Assembly (NCBI GenBank): GCA_032718475.1
Contig: JAUCBJ010002391.1
Location: 1 to 59,953 of the forward strand
DNA from: Nemertoderma westbladi
Taxonomy: Eukaryota > Animalia > Xenacoelomorpha
Length of the DNA: 59,953 nt
Direction: 5' to 3'
Numbering within the stretch: the first letter of the stretch is position 1; each line of letters begins with the position of its first letter. Below are positions 46,730 to 59,953 of this stretch, piece after piece. The translations under genes and the position numbers were made by a program. The notes below the pieces were generated by a model. The model was given only the letters and a program-made list of their open reading frames with translations. It ran no database searches and was not told where the DNA came from.

Positions 46730-47249
46730 TAGTTTTCTCGGTGATTGAGTCGTACTGTTGAAGCTTTCCAGGCTGTACATTATTTCATTCGGTACAGTAG
46801 ACCATGGGAACTATTAATCGGTTTATAATTTATATATTAGATGAAATTATTTGTAGGAATTAGATTGGCGTAATGATTATAATAATATTTTGTTTTCTCA
46901 AAATAAAAATTGTAACTGATATGTAAGTAATTATTGTTCGAATCTGGCAGAAACAAATACTCATTATTGGTCACAATTCCAACGGATTTATTGATATAGA
47001 CAGGCCTACGTGTTCAATTCATTCACTACATTGAAATGATTTGATACCATAGGAACCGGGTTACCCGGGAAACATTTTTTAATTTTGAAATAAAATTATT
47101 TTTGCCCAGGTCAACTGCGGTTTGTGCTAGATTTCTTTTGTTTTTTGTATATTTATCATTCAACATAGTTAACCATCTCATTATTATTTGAATGAAATGA
47201 TTCCCCTCATTGCCCATCGTTATGGCTACTAGTATAGGAATGATAGCCT

Positions 47250-48290
47250 ACCTACCTATACCTACAGTATATAATTATATATATATACTGCCTTCTACCT
47301 ATACCTACAGTATATACTGCCTTCTACCTATACCTACAGTATATACTGCCTTCTACCTATACCTACAGTATATACTGCCTTCTACCTATACCTACAGTAT
47401 ATACTGCCTTCTACCTATACCTACAGTATATATACTGCCTTCTACCTATACCTACAGTATATATACTGCCTTCTACCTATACCTACAGTATATATACTGC
47501 CTTCTACCTATACCTACAGTATATATACTGCCTTCTACCTATACCTACAGTATATATACTGCCTTCTACCTATACCTACAGTATATATACTGCCTTCTAC
47601 CTATACCTACAGTATATACTGCCTTCTACCTATACCTACAGTATATACTGCCTTCTACCTATACCTACAGTATATACTGCCTTCTACCTATACCTACAGT
47701 ATATATACTGCCTTCTACCTATACCTACAGTATATATACTGCCTTCTACCTATACCTACAGTATATATACTGCCTTCTACCTATACCTACAGTATATATA
47801 CTGCCTTCTACCTATACCTACAGTATATATACTGCCTTCTACCTATACCTACAGTATATATACTACCTTCTACCTATACCTACAGTATATATATACTGCC
47901 TTCTACCTATACCTACAGTATATATACTGCCTTCTACCTATACCTACAGTATATATACTGCCTTCTACCTATACCTACAGTATATATACTGCCTTCTACC
48001 TATACCTACAGTATATACTGCCTTCTACCTATACCTACAGTATATACACTGCCTTCTACCTATACCTACAGTATATATACTGCCTTCTACCTATACCTAT
48101 ACCTACAGTATATATATACTGCCTTCTACCTATACCTACATTATATACTGCCTTCTACCTATACCTACAGTATATATACTGCCTTCTACCTATACCTACA
48201 GTATATACTGCCTTCTACCTATACCTACAGTATATACACTGCCTTCTACCTATACCTACAGTATATACTGCCTTCTACCTATACCTACAG
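47250..48290. repeat. Satellite, 29/31/33 bp unit (TACTGCCTTCTACCTATACCTACAGTATA[TA]n), left part
   Basis: Directly visible; interrupted by the retroelement at ~48291. Confidence 0.98.
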
Positions 48291-49250
48291 GTACCTATAC
48301 CTATACCTGTCCAAAGGAGAGTTTAGGGATGCTGTTTGTCTCCGTTACGGTTGGTCGCCGAAGAACCTACCATCTCGTTGTGTTTGTGGGTCCCGATTTT
48401 CTGCAACCCACGTTCTGTCGTGTCCCACTGGAGGTTTCCCCTCCATAAGACACAACGAGATCCGCGATTTCGTCGCCGACACCCTAACCGAGGTGGCCCA
48501 CAGTGTGGCAGTCGAACCGATGCTCCAGCCACTAACGGGGGAGTCCTTCTCCCTCCGTTCCACCTCGACGGACCAGCTGGCGCGGCTCGACGTGTCGGTG
48601 AGCGGATTCTGGGGCAATCGTTACCAGAAAATGTTTATCGACGTGTCGGTGTTCAACCCGCTGGCGGACACCAACGCGGCGATGTCGATTGACGCCGCCC
48701 ATCTCCACCACGAGGCGAGGAAGTGCCGGAAATACGAGGAGAGATTACGCGAGGTGGAACACTCCACCTTCACTCCCTTAATTTTCTCTGCTTTCGGCGG
48801 AATGGCACCAGCTGCCCATCAGTTTGTCAAACGACTGGCGGTGAAGTTGTCCGACAAACGGCAGGTTCCCTATCCTGAGTGCGTCTCATGGGTACGTCGG
48901 CGAATCAGTTTCTCCCTCCTCAGGTCGTCATTAATGTGTTTACGCGGGTACCGTTCGGCTGCTAGGCGACCGGTGCGGGAGGCAGTCACCGACTCATCGA
49001 TCCGGTTGGCTAACGCGGACTCAGACCCTGGGGTGTTGGCGCAGTTCGGTAGGGTGGGGTAAATACAGTAGTATGCTCCATACACCATAGAGAGAGAGAC
49101 TGTTTCTGTGTTGGGGGCGGGCAAAGGATTTCATTTTAAATTTCCCTCTTATATTGGTTGCCTAGTAACGTCAGCTGGTGGTGGGTATTGTTTATCATTA
49201 ACGTTTTATTATCTATGTGAATAAATGAGACTTAAAGAGTTAAAAAAAAA
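48291..49250 (+). mobile_element. 5'-truncated CRE-clade-like (RLE-type) non-LTR retrotransposon with poly(A) tail, inserted in the satellite
   Basis: Open frame 48307-49062: LSKGEFRDAVCLRYGW, CVCGSRFSATHVLSC (CCHC knuckle), RHNEIRD, ARLDV..GFW....FIDVSVFNP, HEARKCRKY, FTPLIFSAFGG. 3'UTR with AATAAA at 49220 and A9 at 49242-49250. Confidence 0.88.
48307..49062 (+). CDS. C-terminal zinc knuckle + restriction-like endonuclease portion of the retrotransposon ORF (partial, no start codon)
   Basis: Stop-free for 251 codons, in frame with and extending track ORF 48493-49062. Confidence 0.8.
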   Translation: MSKGEFRDAVCLRYGWSPKNLPSRCVCGSRFSATHVLSCPTGGFPSIRHNEIRDFVADTLTEVAHSVAVEPMLQPLTGESFSLRSTSTDQLARLDVSVSGFWGNRYQKMFIDVSVFNPLADTNAAMSIDAAHLHHEARKCRKYEERLREVEHSTFTPLIFSAFGGMAPAAHQFVKRLAVKLSDKRQVPYPECVSWVRRRISFSLLRSSLMCLRGYRSAARRPVREAVTDSSIRLANADSDPGVLAQFGRVG

Positions 49251-52200
49251 TATATATATACTGCCTTCTACCTATACCTACAGTATATACTGCCTTCTAC
49301 CTATACCTACAGTATATACTGCCTTCTACCTATACCTACAGTATATATACTGCCTTCTACCAATACCTACAGTATATACTGCCTTCTACCTATACCTACA
49401 GTATATACTGCCTTCTACCTATACCTACAGTATATACTGCCTTCTACCTATACCTACAGTATATACTGCCTTCTACCTATACCTACAGTATATACTGCCT
49501 TCTACCTATACCTACAGTATATATACTGCCTTCTACCTATACCTACAGTATATATATACTGCCTTCTACCTATACCTACAGTATATATATACTGCCTTCT
49601 ACCTATACCTACAGTATATACTGCCTTCTACCTATACCTACAGTATATATACTGCCTTCTACCTATACCTACAGTATATACTGCCTTCTACCTATACCTA
49701 CAGTATATACTGCCTTCTACCTATACCTACAGTATATACTGCCTTCTACCTATACCTACAGTATATACTGCCTTCTACCTATACCTACAGTATATACTGC
49801 CTTCTACCTATACCTACAGTATATACTGCCTTCTACCTATACCTACAGTATATATACTGCCTTCTACCTATACCTACAGTATATACTGCCTTCTACCTAT
49901 ACCTACAGTATATATATACTGCCTTCTACCTATACCTACAGTATATATACTGCCTTCTACCTATACCTACAGTATATACTGCCTTCTACCTATACCTACA
50001 GTATATATACTGCCTTCTACCTATACCTACAGTATATACTACCTTCTACCTATACCTACAGTATATATATACTGCCTTCTACCTATACCTACAGTATATA
50101 CTGCCTTCTACCTATACCTACAGTATATATACTGCCTTCCACCTATACCTACAGTATATATACTGCCTTCTACCTATACCTACAGTATATATACTGCCTT
50201 CTACCTATACCTACAGTATATACTGCCTTCTACCTATACCTACAGTATATACTGCCTTCTACCTATACCTACAGTATATATATACTGCCTTCTACCTATA
50301 CCTACAGTATATACTACCTTCTACCTATACCTACAGTATATATATACTGCCTTCTACCTATACCTACAGTATATACTGCCTTCTACCTATACCTACAGTA
50401 TATATACTGCCTTCCACCTATACCTACAGTATATATACTGCCTTCTACCTATACCTACAGTATATATACTGCCTTCTACCTATACCTACAGTATATATAC
50501 TGCCTTCTACCTATACCTACAGTATATACTGCCTTCTACCTATACCTACAGTATATACTGCCTTCTACCTATACCTACAGTATATATACTGCCTTCTACC
50601 TATACCTACAGTATATATACTGCCTTCTACCTATACCTACAGTATATATACTGCCTTCTACCTATACCTACAGTATATATACTGCCTTCTACCTATACCT
50701 ACAGTATATACTGCCTTCTACCTATACCTACAGTATATACTACCTTCTACCTATACCTACAGTATATATACTGCCTTCTACCTATACCTACAGTATATAC
50801 TGCCTTCTACCTATACCTACAGTATATACTGCCTTCTACCTATACCTACAGTATATACTGCCTTCTACCTATACCTACAGTATATACTGCCTTCTACCTA
50901 TACCTACAGTATATATACTGCCTTCTACCTATACCTACAGTATATACTGCCTTCTACCTATACCTACAGTATATACTGCCTTCTACCTATACCTACAGTA
51001 TATATACTGCCTTCTACCTATACCTACAGTATATATACTGCCTTCTACCTATACCTACAGTATATATACTGCCTTCTACCTATACCTACAGTATATATAC
51101 TGCCTTCTACCTATACCTACAGTATATATACTGCCTTCTACCTATACCTACAGTATATACTGCCTTCTACCTATACCTACAGTATATATACTGCCTTCTA
51201 CCTATACCTACAGTATATATACTGCCTTCTACCTATACCTACAGTATATATACTGCCTTCTACCTATACCTACAGTATATACTGCCTTCTACCTATACCT
51301 ACAGTATATACTGCCTTCTACCTATACCTACAGTATATATACTGCCTTCTACCTATACCTACAGTATATACTGCCTTCTACCTATACCTACAGTATATAT
51401 ACTGCCTTCTACCTATACCTACAGTATATATACTGCCTTCTACCTATACCTACAGTATATACTGCCTTCTACCTATACCTACAGTATATACTGCCTTCTA
51501 CCTATACCTACAGTATATATACTGCCTTCTACCTATACCTACAGTATATATACTGCCTTCTACCTATACCTACAGTATATATACTGCCTTCTACCTATAC
51601 CTACAGTATATATACTGCCTTCTACCTATACCTACAGTATATATACTGCCTTCTACCTATACCTACAGTATATATACTGCCTTCTACCTATACCTACAGT
51701 ATATACTGCCTTCTACCTATACCTACAGTATATACTGCCTTCTACCTATACCTACAGTATATACTGCCTTCTACCTATACCTACAGTATATACTGCCTTC
51801 TACCTATACCTACAGTATATATACTGCCTTCTACCTATACCTACAGTATATACTGCCTTCTACCTATACCTACAGTATATATACTGCCTTCTACCTATAC
51901 CTACAGTATATATACTGCCTTCTACCTATACCTACAGTATATACTGCCTTCTACCTATACCTACAGTATATATACTGCCTTCTACCTATACCTACAGTAT
52001 ATATACTGCCTTCTACCTATACCTACAGTATATATACTGCCTTCTACCTATACCTACAGTATATATACTGCCTTCTACCTATACCTACAGTATATATACT
52101 GCCTTCTACCTATACCTACAGTATATACTGCCTTCTACCTATACCTACAGTATATATACTGCCTTCTACCTATACCTACAGTATATATACTGCCTTCTAC

Positions 52201-55200
52201 CTATACCTACAGTATATATACTGCCTTCTACCTATACCTACAGTATATACTGCCTTCTACCTATACCTACAGTATATATACTGCCTTCTACCTATACCTA
52301 CAGTATATACTGCCTTCTACCTATACCTACAGTATATACTGCCTTCTACCTATACCTACAGTATATATACTGCCTTCTACCTATACCTACAGTATATATA
52401 CTGCCTTCTACCTATACCTACAGTATATACTGCCTTCTACCTATACCTACAGTATATATACTGCCTTCTACCTATACCTACAGTATATATACTGCCTTCT
52501 ACCTATACCTACAGTATATATACTGCCTTCTACCTATACCTACAGTATATACTGCCTTCTACCTATACCTACAGTATATATACTGCCTTCTACCTATACC
52601 TACAGTATATACTGCCTTCTACCTATACCTACAGTATATATACTGCCTTCTACCTATACCTACAGTATATATACTGCCTTCTACCTATACCTACAGTATA
52701 TATACTGCCTTCTACCTATACCTACAGTATATACTGCCTTCTACCTATACCTACAGTATATATACTGCCTTCTACCTATACCTACAGTATATACTGCCTT
52801 CTACCTATACCTACAGTATATATACTGCCTTCTACCTATACCTACAGTATATACTGCCTTCTACCTATACCTACAGTATATATACTGCCTTCTACCTATA
52901 CCTACAGTATATACTGCCTTCTACCTATACCTACAGTATATATACTGCCTTCTACCTATACCTACAGTATATACTGCCTTCTACCTATACCTACAGTATA
53001 TATACTGCCTTCTACCTATACCTACAGTATATACTGCCTTCTACCTATACCTACAGTATATATACTGCCTTCTACCTATACCTACAGTATATATACTGCC
53101 TTCTACCTATACCTACAGTATATATACTGCCTTCTACCTATACCTACAGTTATATACTGCCTTCTACCTATACCTACAGTATATATACTGCCTTCTACCT
53201 ATACCTACAGTATATATACTGCCTTCTACCTATACCTACAGTATATATACTGCCTTCTACCTATACCTACAGTATATATACTGCCTTCTACCTATACCTA
53301 CAGTATATATACTGCCTTCTACCTATACCTACAGTATATATACTGCCTTCTACCTATACCTACAGTATATACTGCCTTCTACCTATACCTACAGTATATA
53401 TACTGCCTTCTACCTATACCTACAGTATATACTGCCTTCTACCTATACCTACAGTATATATACTGCCTTCTACCTATACCTACAGTATATATACTGCCTT
53501 CTACCTATACCTACAGTATATACTGCCTTCTACCTATACCTACAGTATATATACTGCCTTCTACCTATACCTACAGTATATATACTGCCTTCTACCTATA
53601 CCTACAGTATATACTGCCTTCTACCTATACCTACAGTATATATACTGCCTTCTACCTATACCTACAGTATATATACTGCCTTCTACCTATACCTACAGTA
53701 TATATACTGCCTTCTACCTATACCTACAGTATATACTGCCTTCTACCTATACCTACAGTATATATACTGCCTTCTACCTATACCTACAGTATATACTGCC
53801 TTCTACCTATACCTACAGTATATATACTGCCTTCTACCTATACCTACATTATATATACTGCCTTCTACCTATACCTACAGTTATATACTGCCTTCTACCT
53901 ATACCTACAGTTATATACTGCCTTCTACCTATACCTACAGTATATACTGCCTTCTACCTATACCTACAGTATATATACTGCCTTCTACCTATACCTACAG
54001 TATATATACTGCCTTCTACCTATACCTACAGTATATATACTGCCTTCTACCTATACCTACAGTATATACTGCCTTCTACCTATACCTACAGTATATATAC
54101 TGCCTTCTACCTATACCTACAGTATATATACTGCCTTCTACCTATACCTACAGTATATACTGCCTTCTACCTATACCTACAGTATATACTGCCTTCTACC
54201 TATACCTACAGTATATACTGCCTTCTACCTATACCTACAGTATATATACTGCCTTCTACCTATACCTACAGTATATATACTGCCTTCTACCTATACCTAC
54301 AGTATATACTGCCTTCTACCTATACCTACAGTATATATACTGCCTTCTACCTATACCTACAGTATATATACTGCCTTCTACCTATACCTACAGTATATAC
54401 TGCCTTCTACCTATACCTACAGTATATATACTGCCTTCTACCTATACCTACAGTATATATACTGCCTTCTACCTATACCTACAGTATATACTGCCTTCTA
54501 CCTATACCTACAGTATATATACTGCCTTCTACCTATACCTACAGTATATATACTGCCTTCTACCTATACCTACAGTATATATACTGCCTTCTACCTATAC
54601 CTACAGTATATATACTGCCTTCTACCTATACCTACAGTATATATACTGCCTTCTACCTATACCTACAGTATATATACTGCCTTCTACCTATACCTACAGT
54701 ATATATACTGCCTTCTACCTATACCTACAGTATATATACTGCCTTCTACCTATACCTACAGTATATACTGCCTTCTACCTATACCTACAGTATATATACT
54801 GCCTTCTACCTATACCTACAGTATATATACTGCCTTCTACCTATACCTACAGTATATACTGCCTTCTACCTATACCTACAGTATATATACTGCCTTCTAC
54901 CTATACCTACAGTATATACTGCCTTCTACCTATACCTACAGTATATATACTGCCTTCTACCTATACCTACAGTATATATACTGCCTTCTACCTATACCTA
55001 CAGTATATACTGCCTTCTACCTATACCTACAGTATATACTGCCTTCTACCTATACCTACAGTATATATACTGCCTTCTACCTATACCTACAGTATATACT
55101 GCCTTCTACCTATACCTACAGTATATATACTGCCTTCTACCTATACCTACAGTATATCCCTTATATACATATATATATACTGCCTTCTACCTATACCTAC

Positions 55201-58200
55201 AGTATATACTGCCTTCTACCTATACCTACAGTATATATACTGCCTTCTACCTATACCTACAGTATATACTGCCTTCTACCTATACCTACAGTATATATAC
55301 TGCCTTCTACCTATACCTACAGTATATACTGCCTTCTACCTATACCTACAGTTATATATACTGCCTTCTACCTATACCTACAGTATATATACTGCCTTCT
55401 ACCTATACCTACAGTATATATACTGCCTTCTACCTATACCTACAGTATATACTGCCTTCTACCTATACCTACAGTATATATACTGCCTTCTACCTATACC
55501 TACAGTATATACTGCCTTCTACCTATACCTACAGTATATATACTGCCTTCTACCTATACCTACAGTATATATACTGCCTTCTACCTATACCTACAGTATA
55601 TATACTGCCTTCTACCTATACCTACAGTATATATACTGCCTTCTACATATACCTACATATATATACTGCCTTCTACCTATACCTACAGTATATATACTGC
55701 CTTCTACCTATACCTACAGTATATATACTGCCTTCTACCTATACCTACAGTATATATACTGCCTTCTACCTATACCTACAGTATATATACTGCCTTCTAC
55801 CTATACCTACAGTATATATACTGCCTTCTACCTATACCTACAGTATATACTGCCTTCTACCTATACCTACAGTATATACTGCCTTCTACCTATACCTACA
55901 GTATATACTGCCTTCTACCTATACCTACAGTATATACTGCCTTCTACCTATACCTACAGTATATACTGCCTTCTACCTATACCTACAGATATATACTGCC
56001 TTCTACCTATACCTACAGTATATATACTGCCTTCTACCTATACCTACAGTATATACTGCCTTCTACCTATACCTACAGTATATATACTGCCTTCTACCTA
56101 TACCTACAGTATATACTGCCTTCTACCTATACCTACAGTATATACTGCCTTCTACCTATACCTACAGTATATACTGCCTTCTACCTATACCTACAGTATA
56201 TACTGCCTTCTACCTATACCTACAGTATATACTGCCTTCTACCTATACCTACAGTATATACTGCCTTCTACCTATACCTACAGTATATATACTGCCTTCT
56301 ACCTATACCTACAGTATATATACTGCCTTCTACATATACCTACATTATATATACTGCCTTCTACCTATACCTACAGTATATACTGCCTTCTACCTATACC
56401 TACAGTATATATATACTGCCTTCTACCTATACCTACAGTATATATACTGCCTTCTACCTATACCTACAGTATATACTGCCTTCTACCTATACCTACAGTA
56501 TATATACTGCCTTCTACCTATACCTACAGTTATATATACTGCCTTCTACCTATACCTACAGTATATATACTGCCTTCTACCTATACCTACAGTATATACT
56601 GCCTTCTACCTATACCTACAGTATATACTGCCTTCTACCTATACCTACAGTATATATACTGCCTTCTACCTATACCTACAGTATATATACTGCCTTCTAC
56701 CTATACCTACAGTATATACTGCCTTCTACCTATACCTACAGTATATATACTGCCTTCTACCTATACCTACAGTATATATACTGCCTTCTACCTATACCTA
56801 CAGTATATATACTGCCTTCTACCTATACCTACAGTATATACTGCCTTCTACCTATACCTACAGTATATATACTGCCTTCTACCTATACCTACAGTATATA
56901 TATACTGCCTTCTACATATACCTACATATATATACTGCCTTCTACCTATACCTACAGTATATATACTGCCTTCTACCTATACCTACAGTATATACTGCCT
57001 TCTACCTATACCTACAGTATATATATACTGCCTTCTACCTATACCTACAGTATATATACTGCCTTCTACATATACCTACATTATATATACTGCCTTCTAC
57101 CTATACCTACAGTATATACTGCCTTCTACCTATACCTACAGTATATACTGCCTTCTACCTATACCTACAGTATATACTGCCTTCTACCTATACCTACAGT
57201 ATATATACTGCCTTCTACATATACCTACATTATATATACTGCCTTCTACCTATACCTACAGTATATATATACTGCCTTCTACATATACCTACATTATATA
57301 TACTGCCTTCTACCTATACCTACAGTATATATACTGCCTTCTACATATACCTACATTATATATACTGCCTTCTACCTATACCTACAGTATATACTGCCTT
57401 CTACCTATACCTACAGTATATATACTGCCTTCTACCTATACCTACAGTATATATACTGCCTTCTACCTATACCTACAGTATATACTGCCTTCTACCTATA
57501 CCTACAGTATATACTGCCTTCTACCTATACCTACAGTATATACTGCCTTCTACCTATACCTACAGTATATATACTGCCTTCTACCTATACCTACAGTATA
57601 TATACTGCCTTCTACCTATACCTACAGTATTATATACTGCCTTCTACCTATACCTACAGTATATACTGCCTTCTACCTATACCTACAGTATATACTGCCT
57701 TCTACCTATACCTACAGTATATATATACTGCCTTCTACCTATACCTACAGTATATACTGCCTTCTACCTATACCTACAGTATATATACTGCCTTCTACCT
57801 ATACCTACAGTATATATACTGCCTTCTACCTATACCTACAGTATATATATACTGCCTTCTACCTATACCTACAGTATATATACTGCCTTCTACCTATACC
57901 TACAGTATATACTGCCTTCTACCTATACCTACAGTATATATATACTGCCTTCTACCTATACCTACAGTTATATATACTGCCTTCTACCTATACCTACAGT
58001 ATATATATACTGCCTTCTACCTATACCTACAGTATATACTGCCTTCTACCTATACCTACAGTATATACTGCCTTCTACATATACCTACAGTATATATACT
58101 GCCTTCTACCTATACCTACAGTATATATATACTGCCTTCTACATATACCTACATTATATATATACTGCCTTCTACCTATACCTACAGTATATATACTGCC

Positions 58201-59953
58201 TTCTACATATACCTACAATATATACTGCCTTCTACCTATACCTACAGTATATATACTGCCTTCTACCTATACCTACAATATATACTGCCTTCTACATATA
58301 CCTACAATATATACTGCCTTCTACCTATACCTACAGTATATATACTGCCTTCTACCTATACCTACAGTATATATACTGCCTTCTACCTATACCTACAGTA
58401 TATATACTGCCTTCTACATATACCTACAATATATACTGCCTTCTACCTATACCTACAGTATATATACTGCCTTCTACCTATACCTACAGTATATATACTG
58501 CCTTCTACCTATACCTACAGTATATATACTGCCTTCTACATATACCTACAATATATACTGCCTTCTACCTATACCTACAATATATACTGCCTTCTACATA
58601 TACCTACAATATATACTGCCTTCTACATATACCTACAATATATACTGCCTTCTACATATACCTACAATATATACTGCCTTCTACCTATACCTACAATATA
58701 TACTGCCTTCTACCTATACCTACAGTATATATACTGCCTTCTACCTATACCTACAGTATATATACTGCCTTCTACATATACCTACAATATATACTGCCTT
58801 CTACCTATACCTACAATATATACTGCCTTCTACATATACCTACAGTATATACTGCCTTCTACCTATACCTACAGTATATACTGCCTTCTACCTATACCTA
58901 CAGTATATATATACTGCCTTCTACCTATACCTACAGTATATACTGCCTTCTACCTATACCTACAGTATATATACTGCCTTCTACCTATACCTACAGTATA
59001 TATACTGCCTTCTACCTATACCTACAGTATATACTGCCTTCTACCTATACCTACAGTATATATACTGCCTTCTACCTATACCTACATTATATATACTGCC
59101 TTCTACCTATACCTACAGTATATACTGCCTTCTACCTATACCTACAGTATATATACTGCCTTCTACCTATACCTACAGTATATATACTGCCTTCTACCTA
59201 TACCTACAGTATATACTGCCTTCTACCTATACCTACAGTATATATACTGCCTTCTACCTATACCTACAGTATATACTGCCTTCTACCTATACCTACAGTA
59301 TATATACTGCCTTCTACCTATACCTACAGTATATACTGCCTTCTACCTATACCTACAGTATATATACTGCCTTCTACATATACCTACAGTATATATACTG
59401 CCTTCTACCTATACCTACAGTATATACTGCCTTCTACCTATACCTACAGTATATACTGCCTTCTACCTATACCTACAGTATATACTGCCTTCTACCTATA
59501 CCTACAGTATATATATACTGCCTTCTACATATACCTACATTATATATACTGCCTTCTACCTATACCTACAGTATATACTGCCTTCTACCTATACCTACAG
59601 TATATATACTGCCTTCTACCTATACCTACAGTATATACTGCCTTCTACCTATACCTACAGTATATATACTGCCTTCTACCTATACCTACAGTATATATAT
59701 ACTGCCTTCTACCTATACCTACAGTATATATACTGCCTTCTACCTATACCTACAGTATATATATACTGCCTTCTACCTATACCTACAGTATATATACTGC
59801 CTTCTACCTATACCTACAGTATATATACTGCCTTCTACCTATACCTACAGTATATATACTGCCTTCTACCTATACCTACAGTATATATACTGCCTTCTAC
59901 CTATACCTACAGTATATATACTGCCTTCTACCTATACCTACAGTATATATACT
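49251..59953. repeat. Satellite, 29/31/33 bp unit (TACTGCCTTCTACCTATACCTACAGTATA[TA]n), >10.7 kb, runs off window end
   Basis: Directly visible and highly homogeneous; variation is mainly in TA count. Confidence 0.98.

Noticed and set aside
47210-48448. 412-aa ORF
   Set aside because: A stop-free satellite read into the wrong frame of the retroelement.

Overview
Repeat-rich eukaryotic (very probably invertebrate metazoan) genomic DNA. About 60% of the window is tandem arrays: ten distinct families with units of ~10, 21-22, 24, 29/31, 30, 32, 32, 40/42, 41 and 52 bp. Three host genes can be reconstructed by eye. (1) An intronless seven-repeat beta-thymosin/WH2 gene (4458-5213, -). (2) A two-exon PCID2/Thp1/CSN12-family gene (16102-15709 + 9233-8407, -) whose 6.5-kb intron holds two satellites. 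(3) A three-exon, 150-aa single-pass membrane protein gene resembling complex I subunit NDUFB6 (28945-29066, 44095-44250, 46034-46208, +), which the ORF track misses as a unit because its 15-kb first intron is almost entirely a 41-bp satellite. Between these lie decayed non-LTR retrotransposons (RTE-like APE/RT pieces and an old CRE-like remnant), tRNA-derived SINE heads, MITE/Helentron-like remnants, and an orphan coiled-coil reading frame broken by in-frame stops. An apparently young, 5'-truncated, polyadenylated CRE-like element (zinc knuckle + restriction-like endonuclease) is inserted inside the terminal 29/31-bp satellite. Most long ORFs in the supplied track are artefacts of the satellites. 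Family assignments come from recalled motifs, not database searches, and copy numbers are estimates from span divided by unit length.
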